The notes below the pieces were generated by a model. That model saw nothing but the letters and a program-made list of their open reading frames with translations, made no database searches and was not told the origin of the DNA. A stretch of DNA of 64,000 nucleotides from Candidatus Solibacter usitatus. GTDB lineage: Bacteria > Acidobacteriota > Terriglobia > Bryobacterales > Bryobacteraceae. The position numbers and the translations under genes are program-made. The DNA lies in contig JACPVQ010000044.1 in the NCBI GenBank assembly GCA_016191645.1, forward strand, positions 1,371 through 65,370, written 5' to 3'. The first letter of the stretch is position 1; each line of letters begins with the position of its first letter. Positions 28,295-37,369 of this stretch are shown here, in pieces.

Positions 28295-29257
28295 TTACGG
28301 CAGTTCGAGGATAGTGTCGGGGCCCGAGCCGCGCGGCATGTCGATCACGCGCAGGACTTTTCTGTCGCGCACGGAGACGATGGCGATCTTATCGCTGTCC
28401 TGTAATCCAAGGTAGGCCCTGCTTCCATCGCGAGACAAACTCAATGACAATGGCTTGCCGGGAATCTTCACCCATCCGATCTCTTTTCCCGTGGCGACGT
28501 CGGCGAAGCCGCAGCGCTCTTCGGCTTGCAGGTTGTAGACGAGCGTCTTTTCGTCGGGAGTCAAAGCAAGTCGCGCCGGCCCGCCGCTGGTGGCGATGCG
28601 GCCCGTCACTTTCGGGCCCGTGGTATCCAACAGCACCACCGCTTTGCCGTCGATGACGGTGAGGAAGAGACGTCGTTGATCGCGAGTCATGACCGCGCCT
28701 TGCGGCCGTTCGCCCACCTTCACCAATGTGACCGCGCCGTCATTCAAGCGAATGGCGGCCAGCGTTCCCGAGTTCGTATTGCTCACAAATGCCGTTTCGC
28801 CGCGCGGGCCGAAGATGGCCATGTGAGGATTGTTTCCCTTCACATCGAACATCCGCAGAACTTTTTTCGCAATGGGGTCCACCAGGAGCAGTCCGTTTGG
28901 ATTCTCAATCGTCACAATCAGATGTCCTGTCTTTTTGTCGAGATCCATTCCATGCGGGCGTCGATAACGGCCCAAGTCGATGGTGCCGGTGCGTTTCCGG
29001 GACGCCACGTCGATGATGGAGATGGAGTTGGTTCCTTCTCCCGGGTCCGTCATCCACAAAAGGCCGTTGTCGGAAATGTAGATGAGCCGTCCGTCCGCTG
29101 AGAGCACCTGTTCATGAGGGAAACTGCCGACGCCGGTTTCGCCCAGGCGTTTGCCGTCGAGCGTGTAGAACGAGACTTTGCCGGCCTTTTTTTCCCCCAC
29201 GGAAAGAACCTGCGCCTCAGAGGAATTGCTTAGCAGTATTAGGAGAAGTAGCAGCAT
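28295..29257 (-). CDS. Secreted YncE-like beta-propeller repeat protein
   Basis: 320 aa with a signal peptide. It has repeated blades of the type G..P.G..LS.DG..LYV/I...... seen in YVTN/lactonase-like propellers. Confidence 0.7.
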   Translation of the reverse strand: MLLLLLILLSNSSEAQVLSVGEKKAGKVSFYTLDGKRLGETGVGSFPHEQVLSADGRLIYISDNGLLWMTDPGEGTNSISIIDVASRKRTGTIDLGRYRRPHGMDLDKKTGHLIVTIENPNGLLLVDPIAKKVLRMFDVKGNNPHMAIFGPRGETAFVSNTNSGTLAAIRLNDGAVTLVKVGERPQGAVMTRDQRRLFLTVIDGKAVVLLDTTGPKVTGRIATSGGPARLALTPDEKTLVYNLQAEERCGFADVATGKEIGWVKIPGKPLSLSLSRDGSRAYLGLQDSDKIAIVSVRDRKVLRVIDMPRGSGPDTILELP

Positions 29258-29348
29258 AAGCGGATCTTAGCATTGGCATAACACACCTTAACAATCGGCG
29301 CCGCACTACGCGTGTATAATTCAGGCAGTAGAAAACGCAGGGGGTGCC

Positions 29349-31196
29349 ATGAGGCTCTGTAAGCTTTTCCTTACCGCTGCCGCCATTGCCGGGCTAGCGT
29401 CGGTTTGCGCCGGCCAGGAGAAGACGGTCTCCATTGGCGATTGCCGCTTCGCTAACGATCCGGCGGAATTCCTGAATAAGTCCGCGCTCATTCGCGGCAG
29501 GATCGATGCCAACACCAGGAAGCTCGACTTGCGAGGCGCGCGGGCCGTGGCGGCCGACACGATCCCCCGTCGAAACTTCATCGACGACGAGATTTTGGGC
29601 AAGCTGACCCGCAAAGGTGTAAAGTCAGCGCCGTTGTCGACCGACGAAGAGTTCTTTCGCCGCATCTACCTCGATCTCACCGGGCGTATTCCGGCCCCTG
29701 CCGACATCCGGGCTTTTCTTGCCGATTCCAGCGTGGACAAGCGCGACGCAGTGATCGACAAACTGCTCAACTCGGCGGAGTTCACCGACCGCTGGACGAT
29801 GTGGATGGGCGACTTGCTGCAGAACACTTCCACTCTGATCAATGCCGCCGCCAATCGCAATGCCGACGGCCGCAACGCGTTTCACAGTTACATTCGCGAC
29901 GCCGTGAGCCACAACAGGCCGTTTACGGCAATTGCCCGCGAAGTGATTGCCGGGAAGGGCAACAATTACGATGCGGCGGCGGGCGCGGCGAATTTCCCCA
30001 TGGGCGCGAGCACGGCGATGGGTCCGATGCAGGACACCTACGATACGATGCTGGTGCGCACCGTCACAACATTTCTCGGCCTGGGAAATTACGATTGCCT
30101 GCTCTGTCACGACGGACGCCGGCATTTAAATCAGGTCAACGTGTGGGGAACCGCGCAGACGCGCTGGGATGCGCAAAGCATGGCCGCCTTCTTTTCGCGC
30201 ATGGCGCTGACGGCGTCGAATCCACGCGGAAGCTTCATGGTGTCGGACATGTCCGACGGCTGGTACGACCTCAACACGAATTCGGGAAACCGGCCGGAGC
30301 GGAAGCCCGTGGCAGGAATGGCGGTGGTCTCGCCCGTCTATCGGGAAACCGGAGCAACGCCAAGAGATGGCGATTGGCGCGGCGCCTTCGCCGACAATCT
30401 GGTGCGCGATCCGATGTTCGCGCGCAATCTGGCGAACCGGCTGTGGAAACAGATGTTCGGATTGGCCGTGGCGGATCCCGTGGACGCGTTGGATCCGGCG
30501 CGCCTGGATCCGGCCAATCCTCCGGAAGAACCGTGGGAGTTTCAGGCTACTCATCCGGAGTTGCTGGACAAGCTGGCGGCGGAACTGGCGAAACAGAATT
30601 TTCAGCTGCGGGAGTTTCTGAAAACGCTGGTGCAATCGTCGGCCTATCAATTGAGCTCGCGCTATGACGGAGAGTGGAGCAGCGATTACGTTCCCTTGTT
30701 CGCGCGGCATTTTGCGCGCCGCATGGAAGGCGAGGAAGTTCACGACGCCGTCGCGGCTGCCACCGGCGCGCCGGGCAGTTACACCGTGGCGGGATTTCCG
30801 TCGCGCGTGGAATGGGCGATGCAGCTTCCGGAACCGGTGGAACCCGCCAGCGACGCTACGGCGCGAAACTTCATGAACACCTTCCTGCGTGGCGATCGCG
30901 ACACGCAGGAGCGAAGCCAGGCGGGGTCCATTCAGCAGTCGCTCTACCTGATGAACGATTCGTTTGTGTCGACCCGCGTGAAAACCGCGCGCTCGCCAAA
31001 ACTTGCCGCCATGGCGCAGATGACGGACGCGGCGATGGTGGAGGAAGCATACCTGACGTTTCTCTCGCGCATGCCAACTGAGGCGGAGCGGGCAACGGCG
31101 ATGACTTTCCTGGCGAAGACCGCGGATCGCAGGGCTGCCGCTGAAGACCTAGCCTGGATGTGCATCAACAAGATCGAATTTCTTTTCAGCTACTGA
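29349..31196 (+). CDS. DUF1549/DUF1553 (PSCyt2/PSD1) domain protein
   Basis: Signal peptide. FFRRIYLDLTGRIPAPADIRAFLAD is the DUF1549 hallmark. The C-terminal half is DUF1553-like, ending in NKIEFLFSY. Confidence 0.85.
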   Translation: MRLCKLFLTAAAIAGLASVCAGQEKTVSIGDCRFANDPAEFLNKSALIRGRIDANTRKLDLRGARAVAADTIPRRNFIDDEILGKLTRKGVKSAPLSTDEEFFRRIYLDLTGRIPAPADIRAFLADSSVDKRDAVIDKLLNSAEFTDRWTMWMGDLLQNTSTLINAAANRNADGRNAFHSYIRDAVSHNRPFTAIAREVIAGKGNNYDAAAGAANFPMGASTAMGPMQDTYDTMLVRTVTTFLGLGNYDCLLCHDGRRHLNQVNVWGTAQTRWDAQSMAAFFSRMALTASNPRGSFMVSDMSDGWYDLNTNSGNRPERKPVAGMAVVSPVYRETGATPRDGDWRGAFADNLVRDPMFARNLANRLWKQMFGLAVADPVDALDPARLDPANPPEEPWEFQATHPELLDKLAAELAKQNFQLREFLKTLVQSSAYQLSSRYDGEWSSDYVPLFARHFARRMEGEEVHDAVAAATGAPGSYTVAGFPSRVEWAMQLPEPVEPASDATARNFMNTFLRGDRDTQERSQAGSIQQSLYLMNDSFVSTRVKTARSPKLAAMAQMTDAAMVEEAYLTFLSRMPTEAERATAMTFLAKTADRRAAAEDLAWMCINKIEFLFSY

Positions 31197-31208
31197 GAAA
31201 GGGGCATC

Positions 31209-32561
31209 ATGAAAAATCGTTTCGGATTCGATGAAAGCAAAGTTGCCGGCGCCCCTTACTGGAGCAAGCCGCAACTGGGGCGCAGGTTGTTTTTCCGCCA
31301 TGTCGGCTCGGCCGTGGGCGGATACATGCTGATGCCCGGTGCGCCGATGGAGACCGTGGCGCGCGCGGCGGTGACGACGAAGAACACGGCGAAGAATGTG
31401 ATCTTCTTCATGCTGCAAGGCGCGCCCAGCCATACCGACACGTTCGATTTGAAACCGGCGAACGGAATGCCCGTGGCGCAGTTCAAGCCGACCGAGTACA
31501 ACGGCTTACTGTTTCCGCAAGGGCTCATGCCGAAGCTCGCCGGACAGATTGACTCGCTGGCCCTGGTCCGGTCCGTTCGCGCGTGGGCGAACGTCCACGG
31601 GCTGATGCAGACGTGGGTGCAACTCGGCCGCAACCCGGCGACGCCGCTGGCGAAACTGAGCCCGCATATCGGGTCCGTGGTCTCCGTGGAGTTGGCCAAG
31701 AAAGGCTCGGTGCTGCCGACCTTCATCGCACTGAATGGAACTCCGCGTGTGGCTTCGGGATTTCTTCCGGTGGCCAACGCGCCCTTTATGCTGACCGCCG
31801 GCGCCGGATTCCCGAACACAAAGCATCCCGATGGAAGCGACCGTTTTGCATCCCGCATGAGTCTGCTGCGGGACGCGGAAACGGCGGGTGCGCCGGGAGC
31901 GAGCCTTGGCGATTCGCCGGATGAGATTGCCGATTGGAAGCTGCGCTCGCAAATGCTGATGTACAACAGCAGCGTCGATCAGATCTTCAATTTGAATGCC
32001 TCCGAGCGCGCGCAGTATGGAACGTCGGCGCTGGGCGATGCCTGCCTGACGGCACGCAACATATTGAAGGCGAACATGGGCACGCGATTCATTCAAATCA
32101 CTTATGGAGGCTGGGACCATCACAACAACCTTTACGCGCGGCTGACGCCGATGGCCACGGAGTTCGACAACGGGCTGAGCCGGTTAATAACGGACTTGAA
32201 GACCGAAGGGCTGTTCGACGAGACGTTAATCGTCGCCCAGGGCGAGTTTGGCCGCACGCCCGGGTTGAATGGCGCAGGCGGGCGCGATCACTTCGCACAG
32301 CAGACGGCGCTGTTTGCCGGGGCGCGGATTCGCGGCGGGCGCGCCATTGGCGCGACAGATCCGTTGGGGGCGACGATTGTTGAGCCGGGCTGGTCGCGAG
32401 ACCGCGAAGTGCGCGCGGAAGATATCGAAGCGACTATCTACTCCGCGTTAGGCATCGATTGGACGACGCTGCGCAGGGACAGCCGGTTCGGCCGCGGATT
32501 CGAGTACGTGCCCGAATCCAGCCAGGATCGCTACGGCCCCGTTCATGAATTGTGGGGCTGA
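31209..32561 (+). CDS. DUF1501 (sulfatase-fold) protein with a Tat-type signal
   Basis: GRRLFFRHVGSAVGG Tat-like signal. The DUF1501 motifs GAPSHTDTFD, GGWDHHNN, GEFGRTP and GRDH are present. Confidence 0.9.
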   Translation: MKNRFGFDESKVAGAPYWSKPQLGRRLFFRHVGSAVGGYMLMPGAPMETVARAAVTTKNTAKNVIFFMLQGAPSHTDTFDLKPANGMPVAQFKPTEYNGLLFPQGLMPKLAGQIDSLALVRSVRAWANVHGLMQTWVQLGRNPATPLAKLSPHIGSVVSVELAKKGSVLPTFIALNGTPRVASGFLPVANAPFMLTAGAGFPNTKHPDGSDRFASRMSLLRDAETAGAPGASLGDSPDEIADWKLRSQMLMYNSSVDQIFNLNASERAQYGTSALGDACLTARNILKANMGTRFIQITYGGWDHHNNLYARLTPMATEFDNGLSRLITDLKTEGLFDETLIVAQGEFGRTPGLNGAGGRDHFAQQTALFAGARIRGGRAIGATDPLGATIVEPGWSRDREVRAEDIEATIYSALGIDWTTLRRDSRFGRGFEYVPESSQDRYGPVHELWG

Positions 32562-32584
32562 TTTTGGACATTTCCCGAGTTTGT

Positions 32585-32737
32585 GTGGGGCAGATCTCCA
32601 GATCTGCGAGCCGGTCTCCAGACCGGCTCTGCCTGAAGTAATCGTAATCTCCCGGGCGGCTGCAAAGCAGCCGATGGCCTCTTGCGAGGCCATGCGGGAT
32701 CTGGAGATCCCGCTGCAGGTCTGGAGACCTGCCCCAC
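32585..32737 (+). repeat. Multi-hairpin palindromic intergenic repeat, copy C (153 bp)
   Basis: The sequence is GTGGGGCAGATCTCCAGATCTGC-GAGCCGGTCTCCAGACCGGCTC ... CGGCTGC-AAA-GCAGCCG, GGCCTC-TTGC-GAGGCC, GCGGGATCTGGAGATCCCGC, GCAGGTCTGGAGACCTGCCCCAC. It lies between convergent stops (32561 and 32776). Confidence 0.85.
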
Positions 32738-32775
32738 AGAACAGCACAGCCGCAACCAAAGAAAATCCTTGCAGC

Positions 32776-33627
32776 TTAGGAAGATTTCAGGTAGGATTTC
32801 GCCAGGATCCACAACTTGCGCGGCTTCGACACCGACAAGCGACGCCCCAACACTTCGTAGTTCTCCGATTCGATGAGCAGCAGCAACCGGCTGTAGATCT
32901 CGATGATCGCCCGCAGCATCGCGCGGCCCGACGGTTCCACTAAATCCAACAGCGGCATCGCGTCGCGGTAATACTGCTTCGCGCGCGCGGCTTCGAATTG
33001 CAGCAGGTTTCGCAGCGGCTCCGATACGCGCTGCCCTGCGAGATCCGATTCCGCAACGGAGAACCGCGTCAAATCTTCTGCCGGAAGGTAGAGGCGCCCA
33101 TTCCCGAAATCCTCCGAAACATCGCGCAGAATATTGGTAAGTTGAAAAGCGACACCGCATTTTTCCGCAAGCGGGAGAGCATCCGGCGAGCGGAACCCGA
33201 GAATGTGCACCACCGTCAGTCCCACCACGGACGCGACGCGGTAGCAGTACGCATAGAGTTCTTCGAACGTGTTCATGCGGCGAAATGCGATATCGTAGGC
33301 GACTCCGTCGATCATTTGATGCAGATACTCATGCGGGATCTTGTAGCGCGTCACGGTATCGTGGAGCGCGGGCCAAACGGGATGCGAGTCGAGACCGCCG
33401 CCCTGCAAGGCCGATTGCATTTGCACGCGCCAGTCTTCGAAAACCTCCATTGTCTTCTCGCCGGGTTCGTCGCTGAGATCGTCGCAGACGCGCATGAAGG
33501 CGTAGACCGCGCACATGGAACGCCGCCGCCGCGCGTCCAGCAACAAAAAGGAAGGATAAAAATTCTTTGCGCGACGGCGCGCCACATCAGCGCACCAGGC
33601 GTAGGAGACTTCCACGGGCCTGTTCAT
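32776..33627 (-). CDS. hpnD: Presqualene diphosphate synthase HpnD (squalene/phytoene synthase family)
   Basis: NFYPSFLLL...AVYAFMRVCDDLSDE and a second Asp-rich region. It is the second of two SQS/PSY genes, with a 4-nt overlap with hpnC. Confidence 0.8.
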   Translation of the reverse strand: MNRPVEVSYAWCADVARRRAKNFYPSFLLLDARRRRSMCAVYAFMRVCDDLSDEPGEKTMEVFEDWRVQMQSALQGGGLDSHPVWPALHDTVTRYKIPHEYLHQMIDGVAYDIAFRRMNTFEELYAYCYRVASVVGLTVVHILGFRSPDALPLAEKCGVAFQLTNILRDVSEDFGNGRLYLPAEDLTRFSVAESDLAGQRVSEPLRNLLQFEAARAKQYYRDAMPLLDLVEPSGRAMLRAIIEIYSRLLLLIESENYEVLGRRLSVSKPRKLWILAKSYLKSS

Positions 33628-34565
33628 GCCGCTTTCCGGAAAGCTACGCGGAGCAGCGTGCGCAGCAATAACGCCACTCGCTCCGGCTTGGAGATGGCCG
33701 GACGTTTTGCCAGTACGTTGTAATCAAGCCGTTCGATCTTCTGCAGCACTTTCAGTCCACCGCGGCTGAACAGATCGAGATCCACTGCCAGACGGCGGTC
33801 CACCAGGGCGGGCAGCGCCAGCCCCTCGACAAACAACTTGCGGGCAACGTCCGTGCATTCCACCATCACCGCGCGGAATGCCGTCGAGTTCTTCCGCGCG
33901 AACAGATCCTCCACCGTGCAACCGTGACGATCCATCACATCCAGCGGAATGTAGACGCGATCTTTTTCCAGATCCACAGCCACGTCCTGCCAGAAATTGG
34001 CAAGCTGCAGCGCTGTGCAAGTAGCGTCGCTGAGGCGCTGGCGTTCGGCGTCCCGGTATCCGCATAAATAGAGGACCAGACGCCCCACCGGATTTGCGGA
34101 GTAACGGCAGTAGGCGAACACATCCTCCCAACTCCGGTAGCGCGTGACGGTCTGATCCTGTTCGAAGGCCGTAATTAAATCCGCGAAAGGTTGGACGGGA
34201 AGCCTGTGCCGTGCGGCGGTGTCCCGCAGTGCCACAAAAACAGGATGGGAGGCTTTGCCAGCGAACATCGCTTCCAATTCACCGCGCCACCATTGCAGCA
34301 GACGCAGGCTCTCCGCCGTGTCGCCGATCTCGTCGCCAAGATCGTCGCTCCAGCGGCAAAATGCGTAGACATTGAAAAAATCCTGGTGCAGCCGCTTCGG
34401 CAGCAAAAAGCTGACGACGTGAAAATTTTCGTAGTGGCTGGTGGCAAGCCAGCGCGTGTAGGCTGAGGCTTCCGGCGCGGACCAGCTCCACGAGGCCGCT
34501 TCGGAATGAAAGACAAAATCCCGCGGGGAAAGAAATCGCTGGCGGACGGCGCGATCCGCGTGCAT
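33624..34565 (-). CDS. hpnC: Hydroxysqualene synthase HpnC (squalene synthase family)
   Basis: SHYENFHVVSFLLPKRL...NVYAFCRWSDDLGDE is the typical HpnC N-terminal signature. It precedes hpnD as in characterised hpnCD(E) loci. Confidence 0.8.
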   Translation of the reverse strand: MHADRAVRQRFLSPRDFVFHSEAASWSWSAPEASAYTRWLATSHYENFHVVSFLLPKRLHQDFFNVYAFCRWSDDLGDEIGDTAESLRLLQWWRGELEAMFAGKASHPVFVALRDTAARHRLPVQPFADLITAFEQDQTVTRYRSWEDVFAYCRYSANPVGRLVLYLCGYRDAERQRLSDATCTALQLANFWQDVAVDLEKDRVYIPLDVMDRHGCTVEDLFARKNSTAFRAVMVECTDVARKLFVEGLALPALVDRRLAVDLDLFSRGGLKVLQKIERLDYNVLAKRPAISKPERVALLLRTLLRVAFRKAA

Positions 34566-34570
34566 GGGGA

Positions 34571-35611
34571 CTAAGGGATGATGGCCGTCTTCATGTGACC
34601 GTTATGGCTCATGAGGTGACGGAGCACTTCCAGCAAATTGGTGAGCGGCTCTTCGCGGTTCACAAGATCGCGCGCCGTGATATCGAGACGGCTCACGGTG
34701 TCGAGCGCCTTGCGGATATACGCGGGCGTGTGATGGAAGGTCGCCTTGCAGGTGATCTCCGAATAGTGCAGCAGGCTGGTGTCCAAGGCGACGGCGCTGT
34801 CGTTGGGGCAGCCGCCGAAGAAGTTGACGGTTCCACCCTTGCGGACCATGCGCGCGGCAAGCTGCCACGTTTCCGGCGTGCCGACCGCTTCAATGGCGAT
34901 ATCGACGCCGCGCTTGCCGGTCAGCTCGCGGACGCGCGCCGCATGATCGTAGGAATCGGCCGTGCACAGCAGATCGGTTGCGCCCATTTTCGCGGCCTTG
35001 TCCAACTGCGATTTGCGGCGGCCAATGGCGATGACACGGCAGCCGAATACGCGCGCCAGGCGCACGAACATCAGGCCAATGGGTCCCAGGCCGATGACGG
35101 CGATGGTTTCCACGCCTTCCAGACCGCACTCTTCCAATCCGCGCATGACGCAAGCCAGCGGCTCTATCAGCGCCGCGTCCTGATAGCTGATGTGCGCCGG
35201 AATCTCGTATAAATTCTTCTGTACAATGCGCCCCGGGATGCGGATGTATTCGGCGTAAGCCCCGTTATTGAATAAAAGATCCTCGCACAGGTTCTCCTTA
35301 TTGCGCGCGCAATAGAAGCAGGCTCCACAAGGAGCGGAGTTTGCCGAAACCACGCGCTGGCCCACATGGAACTTGCGGACGTTTTCTCCAACCGAAACAA
35401 TGTCACCGGCCAACTCGTGGCCGAACAAGGCGGGCGGAACAATCATGCGCGCGTGATAGCCGCGTTGAAAAACTTTCACATCGGTCCCACAGGTGAGGGC
35501 GGCGCGAACGCGTACTAATACGTCCTCCGGTCCAACTTGGGGAACGGCTACCGGCTCAATCTGCAGACTTTCTCTGCCGTACAGCACAGCGGCCATCATC
35601 TGTTGTTTCAC
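34571..35611 (-). CDS. Zinc-dependent MDR-family alcohol/polyol dehydrogenase (ADH-1)
   Basis: Catalytic zinc ligands are present (LTCGTD, GHELAG). Structural zinc cluster CGACFYCARNKENLC. Rossmann motif VIGLGPIG. The start overlaps the ADH-2 stop by 4 nt. Confidence 0.85.
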   Translation of the reverse strand: MKQQMMAAVLYGRESLQIEPVAVPQVGPEDVLVRVRAALTCGTDVKVFQRGYHARMIVPPALFGHELAGDIVSVGENVRKFHVGQRVVSANSAPCGACFYCARNKENLCEDLLFNNGAYAEYIRIPGRIVQKNLYEIPAHISYQDAALIEPLACVMRGLEECGLEGVETIAVIGLGPIGLMFVRLARVFGCRVIAIGRRKSQLDKAAKMGATDLLCTADSYDHAARVRELTGKRGVDIAIEAVGTPETWQLAARMVRKGGTVNFFGGCPNDSAVALDTSLLHYSEITCKATFHHTPAYIRKALDTVSRLDITARDLVNREEPLTNLLEVLRHLMSHNGHMKTAIIP

Positions 35612-36702
35612 TTTGTCGTCCTCTGGGGCTGAACAATTATTTTCAACGATTTGGAGTCAGGATGCAAAGCCTTGTCCATCCCGGACCGGATCTCGTCGAG
35701 CGGAAGGCGGTGGGAAACGAGGTCCTCCACCGGCAAATCCCCGCTAAAAACCAGTCTCGCGGACTCGGCCTGCAAGTCCACGTCGGCGCTGTAGGCGCCA
35801 AAAAGAGTTCGCTCTCCCACACAGATGTCCGCACCGGACACTTCGATTCTTTCTTTGTGCGAGGTTTGTGCAAATAACAGTATGCGGCTTCCAGGCCTGC
35901 TGGCGCGAACCGCCTGCTCCACAATCCCCGGCGCGGAAGCACAAACAAAAACTACGTCGGCCCCGCGTCCATCGGTTAACGCGGCAGCCTCGCGGGCCAA
36001 ATCGACGGCCTGCGGATCAAAGCTTGCCGCCGCTCCAAAGCGCACGGATAACTCCCTGCGCGTTGCCATTCCATCGGTAGTCAACATTCTTGCGCCGGTG
36101 CGAGCCACCAGCATCGTGAAGATCAATCCGATGGGGCCCTGGCCCAACACCAACGCCAATTCGTCTCGCTTCGGCGCGGCGATTTCCACGGCCTTCAGGC
36201 ACGTGTTGACGGGCTCCACGAAGCACGCGCGGTCGAAGGAAACTCCGTCGGGAATCTTCTCCACGCCGCGCCGCACAATCCAATCCATGACGCGGATATA
36301 CTGCGCAAAGCCGCCGCCCGCGGGCTCGTAACCGGCGGTGATGCCGACCTTCTTATAAACAGGGCACTGCGCGTACAGGTTCTTGCGGCAGTAAAAACAT
36401 TCTCCGCACGGGATATGGTGGAACGCGATCACCCTATCGCCAGGCGCAAACTTCGTGACGCCCTCGCCCACGGCAACCACGACCCCGGCCGTTTCGTGTC
36501 CGTAAATGCGCGGCGGCGGCAGCAGGTTGTGCTCCACCTTCTTCAGGTCGGTATGGCAGATGCCGCAGCTTTCCACGCGCACCAACAGTTCGCCGCGGCC
36601 GATGCCCGGCGTGGGGACACTTTCGACCGCAACGATGCTGTCGCCTTTGTAGACGGCTGCCCGCATCGTGATGGGAGGTTGAATACTAGAAGCGACTTGC
36701 AA
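35608..36702 (-). CDS. Zinc-dependent MDR-family alcohol/polyol dehydrogenase (ADH-2)
   Basis: CGICHTD and GHETAG, structural zinc cluster CGECFYCRKNLYAQC, and Rossmann motif VLGQGPIG. TTG start at 36702 is preceded by AGGAG-N6, which lies inside the 3' end of hpnG. Confidence 0.85.
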   Translation of the reverse strand: MQVASSIQPPITMRAAVYKGDSIVAVESVPTPGIGRGELLVRVESCGICHTDLKKVEHNLLPPPRIYGHETAGVVVAVGEGVTKFAPGDRVIAFHHIPCGECFYCRKNLYAQCPVYKKVGITAGYEPAGGGFAQYIRVMDWIVRRGVEKIPDGVSFDRACFVEPVNTCLKAVEIAAPKRDELALVLGQGPIGLIFTMLVARTGARMLTTDGMATRRELSVRFGAAASFDPQAVDLAREAAALTDGRGADVVFVCASAPGIVEQAVRASRPGSRILLFAQTSHKERIEVSGADICVGERTLFGAYSADVDLQAESARLVFSGDLPVEDLVSHRLPLDEIRSGMDKALHPDSKSLKIIVQPQRTTK

Positions 36703-37369
36703 GGTACTCTCCTAGTTTCTCAGATGCAATGCCCGCGTTGCGGTGCAGGCGGATCAAAGCTGGGATGCGCGAAAAAGGACGCATCACGGCTGCCTTGGCA
36801 ATGGCGCTTCGGTCAAAGCGGCCGGCGTCGTCCCGATAACAGTTAAAGTCCAGGGGAAGCCCGGCATCGGCATCGTCACTCACCGCGCGAATGCAGAAGA
36901 ACGGCAGCGTGTGAGCAGCGGCACTACGGGCAACTCCGGCCGCTTCCATTTCCACGGCGGAGGCTCCGGTCCCGCGCAGGGTTCTCTTTTCCGCCGCCGT
37001 TACCGCGACTCGATTCTGACTGACGATGGTGGAGCCCGCATTCGATACCGTGGCGAATTTCTCGCCCGAAACGGAATCGAGCACTTCCCCCGCTTCCACA
37101 ACATCGCCGACGCGCAGGGCCGGGTCCAGGCCGCCGCACGTTCCCGTGCTCACCACCTGATCCACAGGCATTGCGCGAAGTACCGTCTCCAAGGCCTCTG
37201 CCGCCAACCGCGGACCTGGGCCATTGGCCACGAAGACCACTCTCCGGCCGTTGAGGGTTCCCTCGGCGGCGAATCGCATGGGCCAGCCGAGTTGACGCAC
37301 GCCCGTGGTACGCCGCAGGACGCCGTCAAACTCGAACTTTTCAGCAGCTACCATTACGATCGCATTCAC
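36686..37369 (-). CDS. hpnG: Hopanoid-associated phosphorylase/nucleosidase HpnG (PNP/UDP family)
   Basis: 227 aa with VSTGTCGGLDPALRVGDVV and AVEMEAAGVA, the PNP_UDP_1-fold motifs. It sits between hpnA and the ADH pair. Confidence 0.8.
   Translation of the reverse strand: MNAIVMVAAEKFEFDGVLRRTTGVRQLGWPMRFAAEGTLNGRRVVFVANGPGPRLAAEALETVLRAMPVDQVVSTGTCGGLDPALRVGDVVEAGEVLDSVSGEKFATVSNAGSTIVSQNRVAVTAAEKRTLRGTGASAVEMEAAGVARSAAAHTLPFFCIRAVSDDADAGLPLDFNCYRDDAGRFDRSAIAKAAVMRPFSRIPALIRLHRNAGIASEKLGEYLASRF

Noticed and set aside
28139-28415. Short ORFs inside repeat copies B and C (28139-28405, 28185-28415, 32448-32759, 32545-32943, 32682-32876)
   Set aside because: They are generated by the palindromic repeat on both strands and in several frames. 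They are not conserved as proteins between copies, and their start and stop positions are set by the flanking sequence.
17334-32737. Whether the recurring palindromic repeats are a CRISPR array
   Set aside because: The copies are single and kilobases apart. There are no regularly spaced direct repeats and spacers, and no cas genes in the window.
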